Positions 38,010 through 47,305 of a stretch of 64,000 nucleotides of DNA are shown piece after piece. How positions within the stretch are numbered: position 1 is the first letter of the stretch; each line of letters begins with the position of its first letter. The stretch comes from Actinophytocola sp. (lineage in GTDB: Bacteria; Actinomycetota; Actinomycetes; Mycobacteriales; Pseudonocardiaceae). The position numbers were made by a program, and so were the translations under genes. The DNA lies in NCBI RefSeq assembly GCF_049647105.1, contig NZ_JBARWZ010000147.1, positions 10,754 to 74,753 of the forward strand. Reading direction: 5' to 3'. The notes beneath the pieces are model-generated. The model was not told the origin of the DNA and made no database searches. It saw only the letters and a program-made list of their open reading frames with translations.

Positions 38010-38081
38010 AGCACGAAGTGAGGTCGACGGGATGGCAGGCAGACCCGAACCCAACGCAAGAAAACCTCGAAACCCCAGACC

Positions 38082-38126
38082 ATCCTGGAGACCTGCCCCT
38101 CCGGCGAGGAGCCGCCGGAGGCAAAC
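38082..38126 (+). repeat. 45-bp dispersed intergenic element, copy B (hairpin at 38098-38121)
   Basis: atcctggagacctgcccctccggcgaggagccgccggaggcaaac matches 15811-15855 at 43 of 45 positions. ccggaggcaaac recurs at 38132-38143. It lies just downstream of the hydrolase gene stop. Confidence 0.6.
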
Positions 38127-38181
38127 AACCGCCGGAGGCAAACCCAGCGAAGAGCCGCCAACGACCCGAAAGTCCGCCGGT

Positions 38182-38982
38182 TCAGCGGCTGGCGCGGCGC
38201 TGCGCCTCGCGCATCAGATGTGAGTGACACGCGTGGACGACGGCGGCCGCGCCGTACGGGTCGTCCCGCATGACGAGGTGGCCGCTGCCGAGGATGGTCG
38301 TGTGGCGGGCGTGTGGCACCAGCCGCGCGGCGTGCCGGGCGTCGCACCTCGGGACGACGCGGTCCTGGTCGGCCCACACCAGGTTCACTGGCGTGCCCGC
38401 CAGCCGCTCCGGCGCGGCGAACACGTAGTGGCAGGCGAAGTCCGTGAGCACGGCGAGGTCGTTGCCGACCATCGCGTGGACGTCGGCGGCCGCGATGTCC
38501 GCCTCGATGGCGGCGGGCCGGGCCGACAGCCCCGACATGATCACCCGGTGGAACACCGGGCTGTCGAGCAGCCGCCCGCGCACGACCGGGCCGACCGCGC
38601 GCATCACCCGCATGAGCGCCCCCACCTTGGCACGGCACATGGCGGTGCGGGTCGTCGCGTGGAAGCCGATGGCGCAGAAGGCGGTCACGGCCGCCACCGG
38701 CACCCGGCACGCCAGCTCGAGCGCGACGGCGGCGCCGAGCGAGTGGCCGACGACGTGCGGCCGGTGCAGGCCGAGCGCGGCGATCCTCGCCGCCACGTGT
38801 GCCGCCAGCGCGGGCACCGCGTCGCGGTCGTGGGTGCCAGGGCCGGGCACCTCGATCGAGACCGTGCGCGCGAACCCCGGGATGCGGGCGGCGACCTCGT
38901 CCCAGCTCGTCCGGTCCAGCCCGGCACCGTGCAACAGCAACAACGTCGGGTTGCCGTCCGTGCTCCGCAGAGGCGCGGCCAT
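38182..38982 (-). CDS. Alpha/beta-fold hydrolase
   Basis: ATG 38982 follows GAGGGGGGA. LLLLHGAGLD and the nucleophile elbow VVGHSLGAAVA are present, with a distal GSGHLVM His motif. Confidence 0.85.
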   Translation of the reverse strand: MAAPLRSTDGNPTLLLLHGAGLDRTSWDEVAARIPGFARTVSIEVPGPGTHDRDAVPALAAHVAARIAALGLHRPHVVGHSLGAAVALELACRVPVAAVTAFCAIGFHATTRTAMCRAKVGALMRVMRAVGPVVRGRLLDSPVFHRVIMSGLSARPAAIEADIAAADVHAMVGNDLAVLTDFACHYVFAAPERLAGTPVNLVWADQDRVVPRCDARHAARLVPHARHTTILGSGHLVMRDDPYGAAAVVHACHSHLMREAQRRASR

Positions 38983-39075
38983 GGCAGTCCCCCCTCGTGA
39001 TCCCCTGATCGACATGGATACATGCGTGGGTGGTGTGGCCGGCGTCGCGGTCACACCACCCACGGGGTTGGACGA

Positions 39076-41643
39076 TCAGGACGCGGTCGCCATGGCCCTC
39101 TTCTCCACAGTGGACGGACGAGCCGGCTGCTCCGGCACGGCGCCGCCCGCCTTCGGGGTGAACGTGCGAAGGCGCAGGCTGTTGGACACCACGAACACCG
39201 AGCTGCCCGCCATGATCAAACCGGCCAGCATGGGGTTGAGCAGCCCACCCGCCGCGAGCGGGATCGCCGCGACGTTGTAGGCGAACGCCCAGAACAGGTT
39301 GGACTTGATCGTGCCGAGCGTGCGGCGGGACAGGCGGATCGCGTCCGCGACCACCCGCAGGTCACCGCGCACCAGCGTCAGGTCGGCCGCCTCGATGGCG
39401 ACGTCGGTGCCGGTGCCCATCGCCATGCCAAGGTCGGCCTGCGCGAGCGCGGCGGCGTCGTTGACCCCGTCGCCGACCATCGCGACCACGCGGCCTTCCG
39501 CCTGCAGTCGCTTGATCTCGTCCACCTTGCCGGCAGGCAGCACCTCGGCGATCACCTCGGTGATGCCGACCTCGGCGGCGACCGTCTTCGCGACGGCCTC
39601 GTTGTCGCCGGTCAGCAGGACCGGGGTGAGCCCGAGCGCACGCAGTTCCCGGATCGCCGCCACACTGGTCGACTTGACGGTGTCGGACACGACGAGCAGT
39701 CCGCGCACCGCGCCGTCCCAGCCGACCACGACGGACGTCCGGCCCTCGGCGGCGGCCGTGTCCCGCGCCGCGACGAGTTCGGCTGGCAGATCACCGGCGA
39801 GCGCGGCCCTGCCGACGACCACCTGGTGGCCGTCCACCGTGCCCCGCACGCCGAGCCCGGCCTCGTTGCCGAAGTCCTCGGCCCCGGGCAGGTCACCGAC
39901 CTTCTCGCGGGCACCGGCCGCGATGGCGCGGGCGATCGGGTGCTCGGAAGCGTTCTCCAGCCCACCAGCGAGCCGCAGCAGGTCATCGGCGTCGACACCG
40001 TCGGCCGGCACGACGTCCACGAGGGCCATCTCGCCGGTGGTGACGGTGCCGGTCTTGTCCAGCACCACGGTGTCCACCTTGCGCGTGGACTCCAGCACCT
40101 GCGGCCCCTTGATGAGGATGCCGAGCTGCGCGCCGCGGCCGGTGCCGACGAGCAGAGCCGTCGGCGTGGCGAGGCCGAGTGCGCACGGACACGCGATGAT
40201 GAGCACGGCGACCGCGGCGGTGAACGCCGCCGTCGAGGTCTCACCGGCGCCGAACCAGTAGCCGAGTGTGGCGAGCGCGAGCCCGATGACGCCGGGCACG
40301 AACACCGCGGACACCTGGTCGGCGAGCCGCTGGACCTTCGCCTTCCCGTTCTGCGCGTCCTCGACCAGCCGCGCCATCTGGGCGAGCTGGGTGTCCGTGC
40401 CGACCCGGGTCGCGCGGACGACGAGCCGCCCGCCGACGTTGACCGTCGCGCCGACGACCTCGTCGCCGTTACCCACCTCGACGGGTACCGACTCGCCGGT
40501 GAGCATGCTCGCGTCGACCGCGGAGGAGCCCTCCTCGACCACACCGTCGGTCGCGACCTTCTCACCGGGCCGCACCACGAACCGGTCGCCGACGGTGAGG
40601 TCGGTGACCGGGATGGTCACCTCGCCACCGTCACGCAACACCGCGACGTCCTTGGCGCCCAGGGAGAGCAGCGCCCGCAGCGCGGCGCCGGAGCGCCGCT
40701 TGGCCCGTGCCTCGAAGTACCGTCCACAGAGGATGAACAACGTCACCCCGGCGGCCACCTCGAGGTACATGTTGGATTCGCCCGCGGTTCGCTCGATGGC
40801 GATGCGGAACGGGTGCTTCATGCCCGGCATGCCCGCCTCGCCGCGGAACAACGTCCACAGCGACCACAGGAACGCGGAGATGGTACCGACCGAGATCAAC
40901 GTGTCCATCGTGGCGGCGCCGTGGCGCAGGTTGGCGAACGCGGCCTTGTGGAACGGGAAGGCACCCCACACGACCACGGGCCCGGTCAGCGCGAGACAGG
41001 CCCACTGCCAGTAGTTGAACTGGAAGAGCGGGAACATCGACATCGCGACGACCGGCACGGTCAGGATCGCGACGATGATCACCCGGTTGCGTGCTGACCG
41101 CAGCGCGATGTCGTGCTCGTCCACCTCGGGCGTGAGGTCCACCGCCTCGGACGCGGCCGGTGCCGGCCGTGCTGGCGGCGTCGCCGTGTAGCCGATCTCC
41201 TCGATGGCCGCCACGATGTCGGCCACCTGCACCGACGGCGAGTGCGAGACCTTCGCCTTCTCGGTGGCGTAGTTGACCGTCGCCTCGACCCCGTCGATCT
41301 CGTTAAGGTGGTTCTCCACCCGCGCCGCACACGACGCGCACGTCATCCCGCCGATGACCAGCTCGACCTGCCCGGAAGAGACGGGTGCCTGCGCCGGCTT
41401 CGGCGCCGCCTTCGGTACGGGCCTGGCGACGGGCTTCGCGGTGTAGCCGATCTCCTCGATCGCCGCGACCACGTCGGCCACCCGCACCGACGGCGAGTGC
41501 GTCACCTTCGCCTTCTCGGTGGCGTAGTTGACCGTCGCCTCGACCCCGTCGATCTCGTTCAGGTGGTTCTCCACGCGCGCCGCACACGACGCGCAGGTCA
41601 TCCCGCCGATGACCAGCTCGAACTGGTCAGCCTCCGTGGCCAT
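39076..41643 (-). CDS. Cu(I)-translocating P1B-type ATPase with two N-terminal HMA domains
   Basis: Two [12 protein letters not shown] metal-binding domains, the CPC transmembrane motif ([13 protein letters not shown]), [17 protein letters not shown] and a TGES-type actuator (LTGESVPV). ATG 41643 follows GGAGGGG and overlaps the upstream gene by 17 nt. Confidence 0.93.
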   Translation of the reverse strand: MATEADQFELVIGGMTCASCAARVENHLNEIDGVEATVNYATEKAKVTHSPSVRVADVVAAIEEIGYTAKPVARPVPKAAPKPAQAPVSSGQVELVIGGMTCASCAARVENHLNEIDGVEATVNYATEKAKVSHSPSVQVADIVAAIEEIGYTATPPARPAPAASEAVDLTPEVDEHDIALRSARNRVIIVAILTVPVVAMSMFPLFQFNYWQWACLALTGPVVVWGAFPFHKAAFANLRHGAATMDTLISVGTISAFLWSLWTLFRGEAGMPGMKHPFRIAIERTAGESNMYLEVAAGVTLFILCGRYFEARAKRRSGAALRALLSLGAKDVAVLRDGGEVTIPVTDLTVGDRFVVRPGEKVATDGVVEEGSSAVDASMLTGESVPVEVGNGDEVVGATVNVGGRLVVRATRVGTDTQLAQMARLVEDAQNGKAKVQRLADQVSAVFVPGVIGLALATLGYWFGAGETSTAAFTAAVAVLIIACPCALGLATPTALLVGTGRGAQLGILIKGPQVLESTRKVDTVVLDKTGTVTTGEMALVDVVPADGVDADDLLRLAGGLENASEHPIARAIAAGAREKVGDLPGAEDFGNEAGLGVRGTVDGHQVVVGRAALAGDLPAELVAARDTAAAEGRTSVVVGWDGAVRGLLVVSDTVKSTSVAAIRELRALGLTPVLLTGDNEAVAKTVAAEVGITEVIAEVLPAGKVDEIKRLQAEGRVVAMVGDGVNDAAALAQADLGMAMGTGTDVAIEAADLTLVRGDLRVVADAIRLSRRTLGTIKSNLFWAFAYNVAAIPLAAGGLLNPMLAGLIMAGSSVFVVSNSLRLRTFTPKAGGAVPEQPARPSTVEKRAMATAS

Positions 41644-42631
41644 GAGTAGCCCCTCCCGTGCTTCCGCCGCCGCTGCTCGGGCCACCCGGCGCCGCGCTGT
41701 TGCCACCCGACAGGTTGATGGCCTTGGCCTGCTCGAACACCTCGGGCGTCAAGCCGTGCGGGGGCGGGTTCGGGCCCTCGACGTTGACCGTGAACTCGGC
41801 GGTGCGGACCTTGCCCTGGTGCTGGAAGTCCAGGAACAGTCGGTAGGGGCCGTACGACGGCGCGGTGGCGTAGAAGTCGACCGTCGGGCCCGGTGCCGTC
41901 TTCCCGTCGCCGGGCGAGCCGTCCGGGTGGACGTGGATGTAGGCCATGTCGCCACCACGCAGCATCACCAGGTGGCCGTACGCGGCCAGGTACGGCTCGA
42001 GGTCGGTGACGGGCTTGCCGTTCTTCGACACGTGCATCGTCAGCTTGGCGTCCGCGCCCGGCTTGAGCTTGCCGCTCAGCGTCACCGTGTAGCCGTCGAC
42101 CGTCGCGGTGTTCGACGGCGCGGGCAGCGCCTTGGGTGCGTAGTTGCCCGCCACGTTGATGTCCATGCCGAGCGTGGTGTTGTGGATACCCCAGCCGGGG
42201 AAGAAGTCCGCGAAGATCCGGTATGTCCCGGCCTCGGGGAAGGTCACCGGGATCCGCCAGGTGCCGTCCGCGCCCATGTTCGGGTGGATGTGCTGGAACC
42301 CGGAGAGGTCGCTCCGCGCGATGACCAGGTGCAGCAGCTTGTCGTGCTGCGCCTTGTACTGCATCAGCGGCGTGCCCTCACGTTCCTGGATCTGGAAGGC
42401 GAGGATCTGCTCCTCGCCTGCCTTCCAGTTCTCGTTGAGCACCTGAATCGTCAGGCTCTCCTCGGAGACCATGAGGCCACCAGGGCCATGCTCCTCCGCG
42501 GCGGGAGCTGCGACGGGCGCGGCGGCCGCCTCGGTGGGCGGCGGACCCACGATGCGACCGACCACGTAGGCGCTCGTGAACACCAGTATCAGGGCAACGA
42601 CAAAGGCCCCGAGCTTGGTCAGCGTTTTCAT
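41627..42631 (-). CDS. Membrane-anchored extracytoplasmic protein with conserved His motifs and a Gly/His tail (putative metal-binding partner of the ATPase)
   Basis: ATG 42631 begins [18 protein letters not shown], a signal anchor. HIHPNMG and YIHVHPDG motifs are present, and the C-terminus is [13 protein letters not shown]. Translationally coupled to the Cu-ATPase. The family is not recognised with certainty. Confidence 0.6.
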   Translation of the reverse strand: MKTLTKLGAFVVALILVFTSAYVVGRIVGPPPTEAAAAPVAAPAAEEHGPGGLMVSEESLTIQVLNENWKAGEEQILAFQIQEREGTPLMQYKAQHDKLLHLVIARSDLSGFQHIHPNMGADGTWRIPVTFPEAGTYRIFADFFPGWGIHNTTLGMDINVAGNYAPKALPAPSNTATVDGYTVTLSGKLKPGADAKLTMHVSKNGKPVTDLEPYLAAYGHLVMLRGGDMAYIHVHPDGSPGDGKTAPGPTVDFYATAPSYGPYRLFLDFQHQGKVRTAEFTVNVEGPNPPPHGLTPEVFEQAKAINLSGGNSAAPGGPSSGGGSTGGATHGHGG

Positions 42632-42812
42632 CAGAACCGTCCTATGTGGACAACAGGCAACCGGAATTGACCAGAACGGTACGCAGGGGAGGTATACGAG
42701 GTCCACGCCGAACGGGGCCGCTACAGACCGATTCGAGAAAAGGAAGACCGCTCTCCAGCAGTGAATTACCGGACACTGCGCATCCACTGGGTGTGCGGTT
42801 ACCATCGGCCTC

Positions 42813-43652
42813 ATGGCAGAGGCTCGCGGACGCAGGAACCCCAGACCGAAGCTCGCACAGGTGTCCCGTGTGGAGCGGCTCACACCGCACATGACCCGGG
42901 TGGTGCTGGGCGGCGACGGTCTCGCCGAGTTCACCGTGGGCGGGTTCACCGACCACTACGTCAAGCTACTGTTCCCGCCGGAGGGTGTCACCTACCCCGA
43001 GCCGTTCGACATGCGGTGGATCCGGGAGGAGCTGCCGAGGGAGCAGTGGCCGAGGATGCGCACCTACACCGTGCGCCGGTGGGACGCCGAGACCCGCGAG
43101 CTGGCCATCGACGTGGTCCACCATGGCGACGAGGGCATCGCGGGCCCGTGGGCGGCCCGGGTCCGGCCGGGTGACGAGATCCGGTTCAACGGCCCGGGCG
43201 GCGGCTACGCACCGTCCGCAGCCGCCGACTGGCACCTGCTGGCCGGCGACGAGAGCGCACTCCCCGCGATCGCCGCGACACTGGAGAACCTGCCCCCGGA
43301 GGCCCGCGCGCACGCGTTCATCGAGGTCAGCGCCCCCGACGAGGAGCAGAAGCTCGCACCGTCGTCGGGTGAGGCCACGATCACCTGGCTGCACCGCGGC
43401 GGCGCCCCCGTCGGCGAGGCACTGGTCCGCGCGATCACCGACCTGGACTTCCCACCCGGCGAGGTCCAGGCCTTCGTCCACGGCGAGGCGACCTTCGTCA
43501 AGGAGCTGCGCAGGCTCCTCCTGGTCGAGCGCGCCATCCCCCGCGACCGCGTGTCGATCTCCGGCTACTGGCGCATCGGCCACGACGAGGACCGCTGGCA
43601 GGCAACCAAGCAGGACTGGAACCGCCAGGTAGAAGCAGAACAAACCCCCTGA
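42813..43652 (+). CDS. Siderophore-interacting protein (ViuB/SIP-type FAD-binding reductase)
   Basis: AQVSRVERLTPHMTRVVLGG...FTDHYVKLLFPP...RTYTVRRWD is the FAD-binding_9 domain. A SIP C-terminal domain follows (LLAGDESALPAIAATLE, FVHGEATFVKELRRLL). Confidence 0.85.
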   Translation: MAEARGRRNPRPKLAQVSRVERLTPHMTRVVLGGDGLAEFTVGGFTDHYVKLLFPPEGVTYPEPFDMRWIREELPREQWPRMRTYTVRRWDAETRELAIDVVHHGDEGIAGPWAARVRPGDEIRFNGPGGGYAPSAAADWHLLAGDESALPAIAATLENLPPEARAHAFIEVSAPDEEQKLAPSSGEATITWLHRGGAPVGEALVRAITDLDFPPGEVQAFVHGEATFVKELRRLLLVERAIPRDRVSISGYWRIGHDEDRWQATKQDWNRQVEAEQTP

Positions 43653-43753
43653 GAACCCGCGACACCACAAACGGCCGCGCTCATGCGCGACACCACCAGA
43701 CCGCGAAGGCGCGCCCCTATCGTCCGGAAGGAGCCAGCGCGAGGAGGATTCCG

Positions 43754-44680
43754 GTGCGTGAACGTGTCGTGTGGTGTGTGTCGGTCCTGATCTGCCTCGG
43801 TGCACTGGTCGCGAACCCGGCCACGCGTGCCTTCGCCCTCTGGAACGTGCTCGTCCAGGTGGCGATCTTCGTACCGTCGGCGTGCATCCCGGCATGGCGG
43901 ACGAACCGGATGTCCTATGTGGACTTCGCATGGCCTGCCGGCATACTGGCGCTGGGCGTACAGGGTTTCATCTTCGCCGAGGAGCTGACCCCGCTGACGA
44001 TCGCGGCGGCAAGCATGTTCACGGTGGCCGGGCTGCGCCTGATGTACTGGGGCTACCTGGTCATGAAGCCGGGCTGGCTCAAGGAGGAGTTCCCCCGCTA
44101 CCAGTACCAGCGCCTGGTCTGGGAAAAGGCAGGCCTGAAGAGCGACCGCCTCTCACTGCAGTACGAAATCAGCGTCCAGGCCACCGCCAACATGTCCTAC
44201 TTCGCGCTCCCGTCGATCGTCATCGCCACCAACCCGCGCGGCGGGCTGCACCCGGTGGAGATCGCGGCGATCGCGGTGTGGCTGGCGGCCTACCTCTACG
44301 AGTCGGTCGCGGACCTGCAGAAGAGCCGGTTCCTTGGCGGCTACGCGAGTGACAGCAAGGACGTGTGCGACACCGGCCTGTGGCGGTACAGCAGGCACCC
44401 CAACTACTTCGGCCAGTGGGTGCAGTGGTGCGCCGCCGTGCTCCTCGCGGTGCCGTCGGTGATCGCCCTCTGGGACCGGTCGCCAGTGGTCTCCTGGGTG
44501 CTGATCGCGGTCGGGCTGCTGTTCCTGGTGAAGGCCATCTACACGGTGATGGTGGACTACTCCGGCGCCGTCCCCGCCGAGCACTACAGCGTGCTCAAGC
44601 GGCCCGGCTACCGGCAGTACCAGGCCGAGGTGAACCGGTTCTTCCCCGGCCCGCGCAAGAAGCAGCCCGCCGTCGCCTGA
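43754..44680 (+). CDS. DUF1295-family polytopic membrane protein (steroid-reductase / ICMT-like fold)
   Basis: GTG 43754 lies 5 nt after GAGGAGGA. GLWRYSRHPNYFGQW is the family signature. Confidence 0.75.
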   Translation: MRERVVWCVSVLICLGALVANPATRAFALWNVLVQVAIFVPSACIPAWRTNRMSYVDFAWPAGILALGVQGFIFAEELTPLTIAAASMFTVAGLRLMYWGYLVMKPGWLKEEFPRYQYQRLVWEKAGLKSDRLSLQYEISVQATANMSYFALPSIVIATNPRGGLHPVEIAAIAVWLAAYLYESVADLQKSRFLGGYASDSKDVCDTGLWRYSRHPNYFGQWVQWCAAVLLAVPSVIALWDRSPVVSWVLIAVGLLFLVKAIYTVMVDYSGAVPAEHYSVLKRPGYRQYQAEVNRFFPGPRKKQPAVA

Positions 44681-44684
44681 CCGG

Positions 44685-45326
44685 TCAGATCTCCTGGAGG
44701 AAGAACCGGCTGTTCTCCCTCATCGAGGTGACCATCGGCTGTGGCGCCTTGCCGGGCGAACCGGTGTCGTGCGGCGGCTGGGGGTCGTACTCGAGCCCGA
44801 GCTGGATCGCCTGCGCCGCCGTGTTCCCGGCGACGCGGTCGATCAGCGCGAGCGCCATGTCGATACCGGCGGAGACCCCGGCGGCGGTGACGTACTTGCC
44901 GTCGAACACCACCCGCTCCTCGACCGCATCGACACCGAACGCGGCCAGCTGGTCCTGGGCGAGCCAGTGCGTGGTGGCCCTGCGGCCCTTGAGCAACCCG
45001 GCGGCGGCGAGCACGAGCGAGCCGGTGCACACCGACGTGGTCCACGTGCTGGTCTCGTCGACCGCACGCAGCCACGACAGGACCTCGTCGTCGGTCATCA
45101 GCTCGACCTGCCCCGGCCCGCCGGGGACGAGCAGGATGTCGGTCTCCCGCACGTCGTCCAGCGCGGCGTCGGCGACCAGCCCGAGGGTGCCCTGCCCGGC
45201 CCGCACCTCACCCTTCCGCTTGCCGACGAACACCACCTCGGCGTTCTCCGAGTACCGCAGGACCTCGTACGGTCCGATGGCGTCCAACGCGGCCATCCGG
45301 TCGAAGAGCAGGATCGCGATGCGCAT
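44685..45326 (-). CDS. DJ-1/PfpI-family protein
   Basis: ATG 45326 follows GGAGAA. MRIAILLFDRMAALDAIGPYEVL, the nucleophile elbow SVCTGSLVLAAAG and TTHW are present. Confidence 0.88.
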   Translation of the reverse strand: MRIAILLFDRMAALDAIGPYEVLRYSENAEVVFVGKRKGEVRAGQGTLGLVADAALDDVRETDILLVPGGPGQVELMTDDEVLSWLRAVDETSTWTTSVCTGSLVLAAAGLLKGRRATTHWLAQDQLAAFGVDAVEERVVFDGKYVTAAGVSAGIDMALALIDRVAGNTAAQAIQLGLEYDPQPPHDTGSPGKAPQPMVTSMRENSRFFLQEI

Positions 45327-45363
45327 GCGGTTTCTCCACTGATCGTCGGAACGCGCCCTCACT

Positions 45364-45996
45364 TCACATTAGTCGGCGCGATGGCGAGGACAAGGCCGCG
45401 AACCAGGGGTTCCGCTGCTCGTCCAGCTCTTCGGCCACCAGCCGCCGGTACCGCAGGGCGGTGACTCCGGCGGCACGCGCGGCGGCGAGGTCGGGGCCGG
45501 TGCTACCGACGAACACGCACTCCTCGTCCCGGACGGCCGCCGCCACGAGGTCCGGGGCGGGCGGCAACTCGGCGCCGGGCCCGGTGCGGGCGGCGAGATG
45601 GCGGATGTGCTGGTCCAGCCCGTGCATCACCAGGAAGGAGCGGACGGCGTCCACGTGCAGGCCGCTGACCACCGTCAACCTGGCGCCCGCGGCGGCCAAG
45701 GTTGCCAGCGCGGCGTGGAGACCGTCCGCGACCCGGGCACCACCGGTCAGCTCGAACTCCACGCGGCGCAGGTGTGCGTACAGCGCGCGTTCGGTCGCCG
45801 GACCAACCGTCGCGGCGTAGGCGATCACGGCGAACGGGTCACCGGTTCTCGCTACCCGCCTCGGTAGCTCCGCCTCCGCGAGCAGCGTGCGGAGCCGGTC
45901 CGCGACCGCAACCGACGGCAGCTCGGCCACCGGCCCGTCGAAGGCGAGTAGCACGTGGTCGCATTCGGTCAGTTGTTCCTCGGCCGTCAATGGCAC
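45364..45996 (-). CDS. HAD-superfamily hydrolase-like protein (degenerate motif I)
   Basis: VLLAFDGPV stands in place of DxDGT, with later VVSG and FVGSTGPDLAAA motifs. GTG start at 45996. Assigned from pattern only. Confidence 0.55.
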   Translation of the reverse strand: MPLTAEEQLTECDHVLLAFDGPVAELPSVAVADRLRTLLAEAELPRRVARTGDPFAVIAYAATVGPATERALYAHLRRVEFELTGGARVADGLHAALATLAAAGARLTVVSGLHVDAVRSFLVMHGLDQHIRHLAARTGPGAELPPAPDLVAAAVRDEECVFVGSTGPDLAAARAAGVTALRYRRLVAEELDEQRNPWFAALSSPSRRLM

Positions 45997-46005
45997 CCCC
46001 CAGGC

Positions 46006-47088
46006 TCAGCGCACGTGGATCACCGCGTGCGCACCGTTGCTCCGCCACTGCTCACCGGACGCGTCCAGCCGGATCACCATGTCGGCCGGTAGGCCGACCG
46101 CGACGTCGCACTTCATCGTGCGCAGCGCCGCGACCCGGCCCGGGAAGTACGCCGTGGTCACCTCGAACGGAGTCGTCGGCGCCCACTGCCGGTCACCGAC
46201 GAGGCGGCGGTAGTTCAGGTCGCCCTTCATGATCGTGACGGTCGCCGAAGCGAAGTCCTCGGCCAGGTCGGCCGGCATGTGGTGGTAGGACCACGGCGCG
46301 CACGAGAACGGGTGCGCACGTACGTCGAGGCGCCCGTCGCGCATGGCCCGGGTGAGGCGGTGTCCCGCGACCGCGACCGGGCCGTCGGTGAGCTTGCGCA
46401 GCGCGGCGACCACGTCATGGAGCAGCGCGTCGGAGACGTAGTACGGGTACGGCTTGACGTGCAGCACGACGCGCGCCGCCCGGCCCGTGGCGAGGAGGCG
46501 GTCGATGAGCAGCAGGTCCGGCACCAGCTCGCGGGCCGAGTTGTCGGCCACGACGCACACCGTGCCCGCGTTTGCCAGCAGTGACCACAGCAGCGGGCTC
46601 TGGTCCACCAGCAGTGCCCCGGCCCCGTCCGCCTGCCCGGCCGACAGGCGGAACCCGAGGTCGGCGCGGTTGCCCCACAGGGACGCGGTCAGCAGCGCGT
46701 CGTCGTCGGTCCGCGTGGCGAACGCGGCCAGATCCTCGGCGAACTCCGGCGTGCGCAGTTCCGCCGACTTGACCGGCTCGAAGGGGTCGACGCCATGCCA
46801 CGGTCCGGGCGCGAAGTAGCCGACCGCGTCGAGGAGCTTGCGGTAGAAGCAGCTTTCGGCCCACAGGAACGGCACGTCGTACCAGGAGCGGCCCGCGTGC
46901 TCCTCCCAGCCGGGCAGCGGGCGGATCTCGCCGGTGATCTCCTCCGCCAGCTCGTCCAGCGCCCAGCCGGTCTTCCTCGGGTAGGGCAGCCCGTCCCGCA
47001 CCTGCGCGATCAGCTTGGGATGCCGGTCGTGCAGCACTCCCCACGCGAACGAGCCGGGCGGGTTGCCGGTGATCTCGGCCGCGGTCAC
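46006..47088 (-). CDS. DUF89 / ARMT1-like damage-control phosphatase
   Basis: GTG 47088 lies 6 nt after GAGGAG and forms a GTGA overlap with the stop of the kinase remnant. PGSFAWGVLHDRHPKLI, VVADNSARELVPDLLLID and IMKGDLNYRRL are typical DUF89 blocks. Confidence 0.75.
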   Translation of the reverse strand: MTAAEITGNPPGSFAWGVLHDRHPKLIAQVRDGLPYPRKTGWALDELAEEITGEIRPLPGWEEHAGRSWYDVPFLWAESCFYRKLLDAVGYFAPGPWHGVDPFEPVKSAELRTPEFAEDLAAFATRTDDDALLTASLWGNRADLGFRLSAGQADGAGALLVDQSPLLWSLLANAGTVCVVADNSARELVPDLLLIDRLLATGRAARVVLHVKPYPYYVSDALLHDVVAALRKLTDGPVAVAGHRLTRAMRDGRLDVRAHPFSCAPWSYHHMPADLAEDFASATVTIMKGDLNYRRLVGDRQWAPTTPFEVTTAYFPGRVAALRTMKCDVAVGLPADMVIRLDASGEQWRSNGAHAVIHVR

Positions 47089-47199
47089 AGCACGCTCCTC
47101 ACGTAGTCCCGGTACGCGTCCTTCATCGGCCAGCCGCTGCGCGAAGAACGTCGACTTCCCCGACGCCTGCAGACCGACCAGCACCACCACCTCACGCAC
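47085..47199 (-). pseudogene. Internally deleted remnant of a P-loop (AAA/kinase-like) gene
   Basis: The N-terminal VREVVVLVGLQASGKSTFFAQRLADE (Walker A) is in one frame. After a frame change there is only a 13-codon tail, MKDAYRDYVRSVL-stop. The remnant is far too short for a functional NTPase. Confidence 0.45.
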
Positions 47200-47305
47200 G
47201 TCACCACCGTAGGTCGCGGAGTTCGTTGGCACGACGTGGTTTCGAGTGATCTTCGAACGGTGACAACGTGGTGACAACTGGTGATCATCGGCATAGGGTG
47301 GAGAG

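Noticed and set aside
42632-42812. Search for CsoR, IdeR/DtxR or Zur-type operators, and for a third copy of the ECF promoter, upstream of the Cu-ATPase operon and SIP gene.
   Set aside because: I found only weak partial palindromes (for example around GGTATACGAGG), no GGAACC-N16-CGACTAC, and nothing I could defend by eye. A proper PWM scan is needed.
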